DNA from: Tubulanus polymorphus
Taxonomy: Eukaryota; Animalia; Nemertea
Assembly (NCBI RefSeq): GCF_964204645.1
Contig: NC_134028.1
Coordinates: forward strand, 13,439,263-13,503,262
Direction: 5' to 3'
Length of the DNA stretch: 64,000 nucleotides
Position numbers and translations under genes: made by a program. Positions 23,817 to 36,999 of this stretch are shown piece by piece. Numbering within the stretch: position 1 is the stretch's first letter; each line of letters begins with the position of its first letter. The notes below the pieces were generated by a model. It did no database searches and was not told the origin of the DNA. It saw nothing but the letters and a program-made list of their open reading frames with translations.

Positions 23817-24279
23817 CTAGTTAGTAAATTTATATGCTACAAATATAACAATAACAGTTCCACCTAAAATCCAAATTATTTCATATTTCTGTTGTTCTTT
23901 ACTTGGGGTATAATAATCTGATAATTTAGGTTTGTATAGATGTAATTTTTCTTTCTTGGTTACCGCGTTATATAAACTCATTGCATCATCAACTGATTGA
24001 AAATCTCTATGTGAAATCTTCTGATCATATAATTCCTTGTTAATATAATCCATATAGTTTTGTCGTTTTTCTCTGTATTCTTCTGCTGTTTATTATATTT
24101 CTCTTATGCATAGTTTTATCCGATATATTATAACAAGAATTACATAAACTTATATTTACTAATTTTAAATCAACACAATTCTTAAATTCTCTATCTAATT
24201 GAACTAGTAAATTATGTGATTTATAATTTGTAAGTTTTCTAGAATCAACAAATATTCTGTATTCTTTTAGTTCTACCAT
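23817..24279 (-). pseudogene. Deletion junction: 5' end of the minor capsid gene joined to the 3' part of the 43590..44012 homolog
   Basis: 24279-24115 matches 45385-45220 and 24105-23817 matches 43876-43590, so about 1.35 kb is missing. Confidence 0.8.
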
Positions 24280-24347
24280 TATTTATAACATAAAAAAATT
24301 ACCGCTCATCACTAAAAATTAATTTTAATAAAATTTGTCCTTAATAA

Positions 24348-25664
24348 ATGGATGAGAAGATACCATGCGAAATTTGTGGTGAACTTCTAAGAAAAAGTAA
24401 TATGGCTCGACATATGAAAAAACATGATGAAAATTATAAACCCCCTAAACTAAACTGTCCAAAATGTAATAAATTATTCTCAAGAAATTATGTTAAAAAA
24501 CATTCAGAGAAGTGTAAAATTAATGGTGCAACGGCTAATGTTGATAGTAATGAAAGTAATAGTAATTCTGCTGAAGTTGTACCTGAAATTATTTGGAAAA
24601 GACCTTTCTTATTCTATGATAAGGATAATATAAAAGATCATTTCTGCGAGCCTTGTCGAGTAAAATATAGCCCTGAAATATAGAAGATTGGGAGAATCAT
24701 CAATTTCGTAAAGTACATATAGATAAAATTTCTTATAAATTTGAAACTGAATTCAATGAAAGAAAAATAGTTTATTAGAAAAAATTAAATATGAGAAAAC
24801 GTTAACAGTTGAAAAGTTAGAAAAACAATATAATGAATTAACAAGAAAAACATATTATTGTAAATATTGTAAATTGATTATTACAACAAGTAATTCAAAT
24901 CTACATAATAGAACAATAAAGCATAAAGAAAACGTAAGAAAATACCAAGAGCTTAATGAAGATCTATTACCAATAAATTATAAACGAAAATGCCCACAAT
25001 GTAATTACGCGACCTTAAGACAAGAAGGTACTGTGTTATTTTGTGTTGATTGTGGATGGCAAAGGAATTTATGGGGTGAAGAAAAAACTAGAAATTTTCT
25101 CATAGAACCAAAATTAAATTATCTAGATGAAATTTTTAAAATATTTTCTATAGAAGATCATACACCGGAATATATGCAATGGCTTGAAAAAATGAAAATA
25201 ATAGAAAATAAAAATGGTGAAATAACTAAAAAAGATATTATAAAAACAATTATTCCGTCAACATTTAACACAAAACAAAAGAAAATGTATTTATATTTAT
25301 TATTTAACGATTATTATGATAAAACCTAAATTAACAGAAGAAGATATGGAAAATATAAAAAAAAATATTCAAACAAATATTAATGTATCATTTGGAAAAT
25401 AGAATAACAGATTCAATTAATTATGAATTCTTTTTAAATAAGATTGTAAATTATTTAAACATAGATATTATAATTCCATTTGACGAATTAACAAACAAAA
25501 AGAAACAAAGAGAGCGAGATGAAATGTGGAACATGATAGAACTTTATTTAAATGAGAAAAATGAAATGGAAGAAGAACCTAAACAAATTATACAAGAACA
25601 ATTATATGAAAATGAAGAAGCCAATAGTGATTTCGAGTATGATGATATTGATTTTATGTTTTAA
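24348..25664 (+). pseudogene. C2H2 Zn-finger region followed by a poxvirus A2L/VLTF3-like late transcription factor domain (frameshifted)
   Basis: CPQC-x13-CVDC ribbon, KTRNFLIEPKLNYL, SINYEFFLNKI and RDEMWNMI. These match recalled VLTF3 motifs (CSGC...CIFC, SNFHVSNKLIHL, TINYSFFLDKI, and a terminal W). Confidence 0.72.
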
Positions 25665-28600
25665 TGGCCATAAGGTAATGTTTTTATACCATCATCTAAA
25701 ATATGCCTTTTATCATCAAATGGATTCAAACTAGTTTTTTCAACTTCATTAATGTACATCTCGTGATCTTCTGATCTTAAACAATTCATTTTGTGTTTCA
25801 TTACAATTGATTTATATAAACACTTTATATAATCTTGAAATTCTATATGTTTATCAACCACATGTTTTGTTATTCCTTTTAACTTTTTAGCTTCATGATC
25901 TTTTGTTCTGTAACTATACATTTTACTTCTTATCCCAACAAATTCAATCATTTCATCACCCCCTAATTCATCTTTAAACTTACCAGGAATCTGTTTATTA
26001 TCATTGCTAAATAGTTCATGATCTTTGGGATAATTGTTAAAATCAAAATGATGTTTTGATGTTTTTAAGTCTTTTGTTATGTCATTTGTCTTGATTTTTA
26101 GTATGTAGGCGTCAGTATTTTTGGCTATTAATGGAAATCCACAGTTAAATGTACCATCTTCAGTTGATAAATCATAAACATAATCTGTTGGGTTATATAT
26201 TTCAAATAAATCTTTAACTTCATCTGTTACCTCATTTTCTACATGGCTTAAATTAAAGCAATTTGGTTTAGATTTAATCAATCCAATATTCATATCAAAA
26301 CCTAATGAATTGCATAATATATTCAATCCTGATATAGCAACTTTTCCTTTTTGAGCTAAAGATATTGTTTTGCGATTTTTGAAACTTTTAGTACCATCTG
26401 CTGCGTAGAATCCAATGAAGAACCATTTTCTTAAATTATTTTTTACATTTAATACATAATCTGGAACTATCTTTTCTTTAGTTGAAGTATTACTTTTCAC
26501 TATTGCATGAATATAGAATTCGTCATTATATTTTATAGCAAAATCTTTAGGATTATTCACATGTATTCTATAACATTGCGATGATTTCATAACATCTATG
26601 ATTTTGAATGTTTTATGTGAATAAACTTCTTCACAGAATTTCTTTATTCTTTCTAATAATTTCAAATCTTGATTGCATAAATACCAGCAATATTGAGTGC
26701 GATTAACATAATTATACAAACCTGCTGAACCATCACCCATGAAAAATCCTTTGATAAAATATTCTTTTTCTTCTAATGTTTCGGGTTCTATATTATAAAT
26801 ATTATCAATAATTTCATCAAATGACATATGATTCATTCTTTGGAAAAATCTTTTATGTAATAATTCATCTCCAATTTTTATATCAGTTGGTTTTATTTCA
26901 TCACCATTTCGTTTAATCAAACTATGATCTTCTGTAACGTCTACAAACCTTAATTTAGTTCTAACTCTATAGATTTTCTTATTTGTTTTATGCTTAATAA
27001 TATTCTTTAATTTTTTCCATCCATTTCTTGTCCAAACATCCATTAATCCATTTATTTGTATTAATTCTTTTTCACCATATGAAATATAACATTAATTTTG
27101 TTTTGGAATTATTTCTGAAATTCTTCTTATCAATATTTTATCATTACATTTTAATAATATTGGGGTGTCAGCTGTTACAGAATCAAAATATAATATTTCA
27201 ATATGATTTTCCCCAAAAAGTGGTTGTAAAACCTTAATAATTTTAATACTTCTAAAACAGTTGAACCAATGAATATAGGTTTATTAAATTTCATTGACGT
27301 TCTTTTTAATTTAACTGCTGTTAAATAATCTTCAAATCTTTTATTTCCTAAATGTCTAGGACTTGATTGTAAATGTCTTAATCGTTCAGAATTATTTACT
27401 AATTCAATATTATTTCTATTTCTAATATTTTCACATGTTTTACCATAAAAACTATTATTCATTAATTTGAAGAAATCTTTTTCAAAATCTGTTTTTGATA
27501 TTGTTCTCTGTTGAGTATTGAAATCTATATATTTTTCTAACCACTTCGATTGATTAAATTCAATATATCTATGTACTTTCTTTAATTTCATTCCTTGTTT
27601 TAGATAAAATTTTAACATTTTATAATGAACAATATAATTGTATTTATTATTTTGAGTAAGTATTAATTTTTCTGTAAAAACATGATCTTTCGGTTTTATT
27701 TTCTTCTGGTATTCACTTAAATAACTATCATCTACAGTTAAATGTTCTGGGCAATAAGGTAAGTTTCTTGTTTTAAACTTTATATTTTCAGGATATTCTA
27801 AATCAACTACAAAGAAATAACCAATTGGTGCTTCATCTTTTAAACTCGCAATTGCGCTTTCCCAATTAGTTTTATCATCATTTTCAACGTCTGTTAATAT
27901 AAAATTTTTATATGGTTGAGGTTGCATCATTGCCCAACCATATAAATTATTGGCGTCAATATATAATAATTTATATTCATCATTTGCTTTAAAATACCTA
28001 TCTCCCATAACACCACTAATTCCTCCTCTAATTGATTTTTCAAATAATAAAACCATATCTGGTTCTTTTAATAAATCTAATTCTACATTTGTATATTTTA
28101 AACCACATTGCCAGGTTAAACCAGGACTAGAGTAGCAATAACAAGGATCAACATGAAAATGATTCAAATTAACTTCTCTAAATTTTTCAAATATGTCAGC
28201 CAATATCATAACATCTGATTTTAAATACAAATCAACTAATTCACCATGATTTTTCATCTTAAAATGGTTCCAAATATTTAATGTTCTATTAAACACTTCG
28301 TCTTTCACATACTCCTCTTTCAATTGATCATAAAATGGATCTTTTAATAATTCTGTTACATTAAAATCATTGTGTGTTTTATAAAATGAATAAGGAATTG
28401 CGCCTTTATATCTCAATAATTTAAAATCTTGTTCATTTGGATAATAATATCGAGTTATAACAAAATCATTATCAACTAAACTTTTTGATAAATTATCTAA
28501 TGAACTTGCTAGAAATCTATAAGAATTTAAAAATCTAATGCAACCAAATTGAAATGAAATATAATTTTCAGATGTTTTAGCTAATAGTTTAAAATCATAT

Positions 28601-29770
28601 TTTCTTACATTTACACCATTAATAGCATTATATTCTTCTAATTCTTGATTAATTGCGCCCAATTTCTTTGATAATTGTTTTATAAATAGATGGGTATCAT
28701 AGCCTGATAAATTATGAAATAATATTGGTACGAAATTAACTTTCTTAGCTTGTAAATTACAATCTTCATGAGCAGCTCAACGATATTTTGAATTTAAATG
28801 ATCATGATCTCTAACTTTTTTATCAAATGAATAAAAACGTTTTTCACAATAACAACAATGAGTTGCATAATTAAAATCAATTTCATCTTCTTTTGTCATA
28901 ACTATTCTTTTATTTTTGTTTAATAATTTTGCAAAATCACTTTCTAATTCAATCATTTTGTTACAAAAATCATTAACTACATCTTCACCTCTAAAAGAAA
29001 TATATTGACTTTCATATAATTCAGGATAATTTGATTTTATATAAATTCCATAAGCAGCAGCTCTTTGATGAACTTTTTTAATTGTATTTATAATTGGCGG
29101 GTCTTGTGTTGTGTCTTCATTTAATTCATTTCCTTTATCCATTGATTTTAATAATTGCTTTTTGTTATATATTTCTTTTCTATCTTGATCAGTTAATTCT
29201 TTATTCAACGATTCAAAATCCCCATAAATTACAAATGGAACAATATTCTTAAATTTATTTTTAGTAAATTTCAATTTATAATCTTTTTCTGTTGGCATTA
29301 TTAATTTACAAAAATCTTTATTATCACATAATTCTTTATGTTTTAATAATGTATTCTTAGTCATAAATTTAGATAAACATTTTCTACATAGATAAATTTT
29401 ATGATGATGATCACTTTCTGTTCTAAAGAATAAATCAATTTTTTATCATCAAAATAATCTTTTCCTAAAACATTATTACTCAAATTTTGATGGTGTTTTT
29501 GTGATTCGAGATGTCTATTATAATTCCTTTTTACTATAAATTCATTACAAACTTCACATTTTATTTCATCCACATTCATATTTTCTAATCTTTCTTTTCT
29601 TTCATTGGAATTTTCTGGAGTTTCAAAATCTATTACATTTTTTATATGATTTGCAGTTTTTTCATGTCGTGTTTTATGAGATGTATTGATTTATTTTTTT
29701 TATAATATGTGCAATAATATTGATTTTTATAAACATTATTATTTTCTGGCTGGTGTTCATTCTCCCCCAT
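25661..29770 (-). pseudogene. polB: Protein-primed family B DNA polymerase (pPolB), copy B, intein-containing, with stops, frameshifts and an N-terminal deletion
   Basis: YGDFES exonuclease I, VRDHDH endoVII-like motif, YIDANNLYGWAM, KLMNNSFYGK, YFD/TD and KLKGI. Confidence 0.92.
26117..27181 (-). mobile_element. Intein (355 codons) with LAGLIDADG homing endonuclease at the pPolB motif C site
   Basis: LYFD|SVTADTPILL, block B VTEDH, GFFMGDG and GFYAADG, YVYDLSTEDG...IAKN|TDAY. One in-frame TAA at 27092-27094. Confidence 0.93.
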
Positions 29771-29857
29771 TTATTGGGAAAAAAAATTACTTGTGGTGAT
29801 GAGTGGTGTTTCGCCCGCTCCCCGCTGATCTGAAAGCCCACTTTCCCAATTACTACT

Positions 29858-32760
29858 AATCTATAAAATGAAACCTGATTTAACACAACTTATTTCCTGA
29901 ACAGTTACTGCACATAGTCATTGTAACGCGATGGTGGTCTCACCACTCTACCCGATCGAGTGGTAGTTAGTTCAGTTTGTGCATCATCCGAAGCCGTAGT
30001 CATTGACTCTGGAACTGACAAGTCATCGATGGTTGCCGGAAAGTGTTCCTCCTGTGTTCTGCTCAACTGACGCCTATTTCTGCGATAATATTGTCCTGAT
30101 TCAGCGACAACATTGTACGAACGCGGTTGTGGTGGAGAGCTAACCACGCGAGCTGGTTTCCATCGCTTATTATCACGAATTCGAACGCCAATCGTTAGAG
30201 GTTGCGCTCGCTCCACGATCGTAGTATCTCTTTTGCCGCCAGCGTTTCTCCTCTATGTTACGACGCGTTGTAGTTGGATCGCTGACTCTCGGACACAACA
30301 TGTTTTCAGTTGCAGGTATGATTGAGTTTAATCTGCGATTCATCAATACCTGACTCGGTCACGATCGATTGGAGTATTTCGGTACCCCAGAAGCGCTAGG
30401 TACGGATCGTTTCCGCTTTCCTTACACTTTGTGAGTATGGTTGAATCCCCATTCTCATGAGAATCGCTTAAACTCCTGTGAGCTGTACTGTGGACCGTTG
30501 TCACTTACAACCTCCTTAGGAATTCCATGTCTCGCGAAGAGAGATTTCATATGTGTAATCACGGTAAGCGATGTTTTATTTGACAGTTTCGCTATTTCTG
30601 GATAACGTGAGAAATAATCCACCACGCGAACGTAATCGCCACCGTCCCATTCAAACAAATCCGACGCGACCACTTCCCATGGTCTTGCCGGAACGACGTG
30701 TGACATCATCGGCTCTTTTACATTCGCGTTTTGATGTTCTAGACATATTTACTGAGACACCATATCTTTGACCTGGGCCGTCATGCCTGGCCAAAATAAC
30801 AGATCGCACGCACGCTTGATGCTCTTTTTCTACGCCAAAATGACCAACGTGTATTCGCTAAAGCATTTCTTTGCGTAACGCTTTGGGAGCTAGGATTCGA
30901 TTTCCTTTCAGAATCAGTCCGTCTACTACAGTTAACTCGTTTCGCACACTGTAGTACGTGTTCAATTCCAACGGTAATTTCTCTCGCTTTGTCGCCCAAC
31001 CGGTTGCTATCTCATGTGTTAATTGACACATGGACTGGTCTCTACCCAATTCCGACTTAAGCTCCTGTAGCTTTTCATGTGACATACGTTCGTTCGCTAC
31101 GACCATGTTGACATATTCTTCGACTTCATTGTCCATGTTTCCCGATGTGTCTGGCAGTGGTGCCCGGGATAACATGTCCGCTATTAATAGTAGCTTTCCG
31201 GGTTTATATCGCACTACAAACGAGTATCGCTGAATACGTAATAACATTCTCTGTAGACGCGGGGGTGCTGCTGCTAGAGGCTGTTTTAGTATTGCCTCTA
31301 GAGGCTTATGACCCGTTTCGATGTCAACCGTTTGACCGCAAGTGTATTGGTTGAATCGTTCCAACCCAAACACGATGGCTAACAGTTCTTTCTCAATCTG
31401 CTTATAGTTCATCTCCGCTTTTGTCAACGAACAAGATGCGTATGCAACAGGACGATTTTCCTGTAGCAGAACTGAGCCCGGACGAAACTGAGAAGCATCA
31501 CCACTCACAGTGACCGGTTTCGTCACATCGAAGTACGTCAAGACTGGTCCCGGCTCACGCGTTAACACATCCTTCAGTACTTTGAATGCTTCGATCTGAG
31601 GTTTTTGCCACGCAAATTCCACATCATCGTGTAGTAACTCTCAAATCGGTGCTGTAATTTTCGACATATTTGGCACGAACTTAGCCAAATAGTTAACAGT
31701 GCCCAACAGACGTTGCACTCCCTGCTTATCGGTGGGTGCCGGCATCTCGCTGATTGCCGTGATTTTCGCTTGCTGCGGTCTTACACCGTTAGCGGTAAAC
31801 GTGTGACCAATGTAATCGATCTCTGGAACCGAGAACTCACACTTCGGTAGATTAAGTGTCAGTCCTATTTCTTTACGACGTTGCAATACCGCATGTAACC
31901 GCTGGTCGTGTTGCTGTTGATTTACGCCCCACACGATCATGTCGTCTATGTCCGTTTCGACACCCTCGATATCGTCGAAAAGTTTTGCTATACGCTTTTG
32001 GAACAATTCCTGCGCCGATTTGATCCCGAATGGCATGCGACGAAACGCATATCGCCCGAACGCGCAATTAAAAGTGGTTAGTAGCTGCGAACCTTCATCT
32101 AACGGTATCTGCCAGTATCCCGAGTTCGCGTCGAGTTTTGAGAATACTTTAGCTCCTGACATCCGCGATGCAATTTCCTCGACCGTGGTTAACTGGTAAT
32201 GATCCCGTTTTATTGCGTTGTTGAGGTCTCTGCTGTCTAAACATGCGTAAATCTCCCGATTTTTTAGCTACTATAACAATATTGCTCACCCAATCTGTGG
32301 GTTCCTCGACTTAACGGATTACTCCGTCGCTTTCCATTTTGCCTAATGTCACTTTTAATTTATCTCGTAACGCAATCGGTTCTTTTCTGGGTGGCCTGAT
32401 CACCGGTTCGATCGACTCATCCACTGTGATCTTGTATGGCTCTTCCAAACAACCCAAGCCCGTGAATACCAACTTGTTTTCTTCAACTATGTTGTTTGTA
32501 CTAATGTTCATTACGACGTTTATCAGCTCCAAATCCCGCGACGCACAAAATTCGAGGACTGGAGTCTGATCTGTTTCTACCACATAAAACTTTAAGAACT
32601 TTCCTCCGCATCTAATCACGCACGTACCCGTTACCGGTATGTTATTGCCGCTAGTCAACTTGGTTTTTGCCGCTGTCAGTTTGGGAGCCCGTTTATTGCA
32701 CTGTAGTTGTCTAAAGTTCTTAGCTGGAAGTATGTTTACCTGAGACCCTGTGTCAATATA
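29858..32760 (-). mobile_element. pol: Ty3/Gypsy retrotransposon, pol part (integrase, RNase H, RT, protease C-half), decayed
   Basis: LDANSGYWQ, MPFGI, DIDD, DASQF...YAS, EKELLAIVFG, PWEVVASDLF and SDNGPQY. GC content is much higher than in the Polintons. Confidence 0.93.
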
Positions 32761-33142
32761 AGTAATAGGGGTAATGGGCTTTCAGGCCAAAGGTCGAACG
32801 GTCGAGCTCATTAAAAAACAAAACATTAAAAGTAATTTAAAACTATAATATATTTTCATAACCGTGTGTATTTCATAACCGTTGGTCGCTCCACTTCGCT
32901 GCCGCTCCGCTCCGCGACCAATTGATTTATTTGCAATACACAAATTCATATAATCAAATATATTCAAATAATAATACTTATTCTATTATTCAACTGAAAT
33001 ACACACGGTTATGAAAATATATTATAGTTTTAAATTACTTTTAATATTTGTTTTTAATGAACTCGACCATTCAACCTTTAACCTGAAAGCCCATTACCCC
33101 TATTACTCTTAAAATATTCATGTAAATGAATAACATTTAAAT
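32761..33142. repeat. Left TIR of copy C (palindromic 32761-33107)
   Basis: Inverted copy of 7080-7515 with a small internal deletion. Confidence 0.9.
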
Positions 33143-33197
33143 TCACAGATTATTCAATATAAAAGTGTAAGCTCTTATAGAATAGATATATAGATAG

Positions 33198-33809
33198 TTA
33201 TTTTATAAATTTATATTCATATGGAAATTGTAGTCTCAGTAATAATTTTGAACCTTTATTATTCTTTAATTTATTCATATATTCATCATGTAATTCAGTT
33301 GGTATAATTTGATTTTCTTCCAATGATTGTTGCATAGATTTTTTATCTTTGTTATAAAATAAAACTAGGAATCTTATATTCTCCCTAAAGTCTTTAACAA
33401 TTGAATTATATTTTTGATTTAAAACCCATGTTGTTATCCCAAAATGTCTCCCAGAGAAAGCTTAATAACATAACTCACTTTCTCTCACTTTTGAATCATG
33501 TAAATTTGCGCAATCATCTATAATGAATAATGTATTTGATCCTTAATAAGTATCAATTGCTATTTTAATACAATTATCTAAATTTTCTTTTACTGTTTTA
33601 GGATTTAATATAATAAACTTTTTTATCTTAACTATATCTCTATTATATGTTTTATTCATTTCATAAGTAGGACAGAATAATATTATATTATCAAAATGAT
33701 TCTTATAAATAGTTTCTAACAAATCTAATATGAAATGTGTTTTACCACAATTGGTTACACCAGTAACTAACATATTATGCGGTTCGAATATGAATAAATC
33801 TTTATTCAT
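33198..33809 (-). pseudogene. Packaging ATPase, copy C (premature stops)
   Basis: Near-identical to 2133..2744. Confidence 0.88.
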
Positions 33810-34914
33810 TTATTCTTTTAATTTTACTAGATAAAATCCATTCATTGAATTTATCATCATATCCTTTATATTTCACCAAATAATACTTTTTTCCTTTAAG
33901 AGTTTTTGTTTTCAATACTTTTTCTATTTAATATTCTATTTCTTCTGGATTTGGCACAAGTGATAATTCTTGTTCATAGAAATAACCTAATATTTCTTCA
34001 TCTTTTAGATCTTCTAATTTATAAACAAAAGGTTTAGTTAATATTATCTTTTTAATCTTGAATATTTCTTCAGTAAAATTTGGGGTATAACCTTTATAAA
34101 ATGTTTTTCGATATTTAGATATTCTTACGTGTTGTCCTATTTTAAATTTAGGTTCTCCGAAATCATGCGTAACAAACGCACCATATAAATTATTCCAAAC
34201 TATTTCCGAATTATCTTCTTTTCTAGCTTGTATAGGTTTCATATTTATAGAACTATGTTTAGAATTATTATAACCTTTCACTAAATCATCTAATACATCG
34301 ATATATTTATATGTTTCATTAGCAGTAAAATATTTCCACATTCTAGTTTTCAATGTTTTATTAAATCTTTCTATAATAGATGCTTTTTTATCTGAGTGTG
34401 TTGAAAAATAATCTACATCGTTATCAGATAATAGTTTTTTAAAATGTTTGTTATAGAATTCCTTACCTTCATCAAATTGTATCTTATCTGGAATAGCTTC
34501 TTTAAATATATTCTTAAAAGCATTTGTTACTTCTATGCCAGTTTTATTTTTGATTGGAATTGACCATGCGTATCTACTGAATATGTCTATAACATTTAAT
34601 ATCCAGAAATATCCTTTGTTGTATTCTTCTAAGTTCTTCATGTCAATTAAATCTGCTTGCCATTGTTGATCAATATATGAAACCATAACTTTTCTTGTTA
34701 AATAAGTTTTATCCATTTTCTTGTGGATTTGATATGTTGGTTGATTTTGTAACCATGATTTTAATTCACTATATTTTATATCACCATGTGGGTGCCGTAT
34801 GGCACCATTTTCATTATCAGATTTAATTTTACCCCATAATTCTGTAACGTTAGAATATGATACTTCACTTTCTGGGTTATAATATAAATCTCTTAAATAT
34901 TGTTCTTTTTCCAT
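33802..34914 (-). pseudogene. RVE integrase, copy C (stop at 33928 removes the chromodomain)
   Basis: Near-identical to 2737..3849; the DDE core is intact. Confidence 0.9.
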
Positions 34915-34920
34915 CTTATT

Positions 34921-35289
34921 CTAATCCATTAATAATAATTTAGATTTAGTTTCAATAGCTTTATGATTTGACTTATTTTCTGGTATAATAGGTTTATTAT
35001 CATTGGAATCATCTTTATCATCAGATTTGAATTTTGATTTATATATTACACCGGATAATATAATAATTGTGATTAACCCAATTGTAATATATAAGTAATT
35101 ATTTCTTCCACTATTAGAAGAATCAGATGGATTATTACTTGAATCAATATCAGATAAAGTCTGTGATTCATTTATATCAGTTGATTTCTTTTTCTTAGCT
35201 TTTTTTAACTCTGAAGATCTTTTACCTAATTCTCTTGCCCATTTAATTTGTTTTTCAGATCTAGCCTTTTTCTTAACGCTATCACTCAT
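34921..35289 (-). CDS. Single-TM basic protein
   Basis: Homolog of 3856..4245. Confidence 0.75.
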   Translation of the reverse strand: MSDSVKKKARSEKQIKWARELGKRSSELKKAKKKKSTDINESQTLSDIDSSNNPSDSSNSGRNNYLYITIGLITIIILSGVIYKSKFKSDDKDDSNDNKPIIPENKSNHKAIETKSKLLLMD

Positions 35290-35888
35290 TTATTTTAGTT
35301 AATTTTTGTTCTGATTCATTTTCTGTTTCGACGTTTGGTTGTAGTACAGCGTCATCTGTTTCGTTCTTACCTGATTTATATTCCATAGGTTTGATGTTCG
35401 AAAATGTTATGACGCCAGTAGAAATTAATGTCATAACCGATCCTAATTGAAATGAAGCATAGCCGACCCACTTTGTAATTCAGTCATAACTAAATAGTCA
35501 TTTTCAAATCACTATATAATTTATTTTCATCATTAATTGTCATTAACCGGTTACATAATTTTGAATAACATTTTATAATACTATCTGAAATAGAATCATT
35601 TATTCGAGCCAATCTAGCTCCTTCATAAATCTTAAAATATTTTATTACTTTATCTGGTTTCATAGCATCTAATTCTTGAAAAGTAATTATTTTCCCGATA
35701 AACTGATTACATTTCCCACCAGCAATTAATAATTCTAGATGGTGTTTACAATATAAATAGTATTCATAATCAATATCACAATTAATATTATTTTCAATTT
35801 TGATTGGAATATCCTTATTATCACTAATGCATAAATCATCTAATGTTTTTTCAATGTTGGTATTATTCTTATTAGATTTCTTTGACAT
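35282..35888 (-). pseudogene. Homolog of 4238..4846, frameshifted
   Basis: Collinear DNA similarity. Confidence 0.75.
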
Positions 35889-36999
35889 TTATATTAGAGA
35901 AAAAAGCAAGAAAAATATTATAAATATTCTTCAAATGATACTAGCTAGTTAAAGCTAAAGAATTTCTATTTGAATCTATTCAAAATATAAAGTATTCTCT
36001 TTTGAAAAGAAAGTTTTAAAAATATAATAGAATTCACTAGCTAGTTGAAGTTAGTTTTTTAAATACTTTTTATTTAAATTAGGATTTAGATTATCTCACT
36101 ACTATTGTTTATCTATTAGGAGCAGTAATTATAACTGTCCAGATAAGTCATTTCGGATTCTCGATAAATAAATCCTAAAACTGAAAATAAATTCAAAGAA
36201 ACGACTGGTGGAAATACTATTTCATAAACACACATATATTTTATTCTACAATCATTATCGATTTCCACATTCCAAGCCGCTCAACTCAGGCCCGGTAAGT
36301 TATGCGTGGAATGCAGGAATCAATAAAATACAATACAACATCTGTCACTGTGTGTCATTAACAACAGCTTAATGACGCAATTGAAATTCCGACAAACGTA
36401 ATGCATTGAAAGCCTATACAGTATGGCTAAACTGCTACAGTCTCATGAGTTGAAATATCCATTATTTCTGATTCCACGTCCATATATCTTCACTTTCTTG
36501 ATTCAATGGTCTTCATTTTGTTATCTAAAAGATAAATATCTAGCGTAGAATAAAACTAACTTGAAGTTGTAGTTGTAAAATATTAATTACAGCACTTAAA
36601 CATAGCCATTCGTGGCGCATCTTTGTCCGATAAGTTTTACATGTTTAGCGTTTCCCAACGCCTTAATAACAACAAAAACAGTACTTACATTTATAACTGT
36701 AAAATTGTGTTTATAGAGAGAATATCCTATACGTTCCTATGCTTATGTGCTGCGCGCTTATAACTGCCAGTTATTCACTAGCTAAACACTGTCTGATACA
36801 ACATATGTTCCTTCCTTTGTAATATAATTGATTAATCCTTTTCAACTGCAATAGAACATTCGATCGATATTCAAATGAGATACACCCTATTCAACTGAAT
36901 ATAACGTGCGACAGATGCTTTTGTAAACAACCTAATACAATTACATACAGGCGGTTTGACATAGATCGAGAGTAACCGGTTTTCTAAGCGGTTAACATT

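Larger units (their letters stand above)
15442..29857. mobile_element. Polinton/Maverick copy B (mosaic, decayed) with intein-containing pPolB and VLTF3-like gene
   Basis: The right end is ...GATCTGAAAGCCCACTTTCCCAATTACTACT (29857; the typical AGTAGT terminus on the other strand). The left end AGTAATT...TTCAGATCAG...CCACTCATCACCACAAGTAATTT is an imperfect inverted counterpart. Most core genes lie inside. There is no matching TSD. Confidence 0.85.

Noticed and set aside
32782-32967. ORFs in or spanning TIR/LTR DNA (also the N-termini of 45786..46112 and 47825..48070)
   Set aside because: Chance reading through non-coding termini or junctions.
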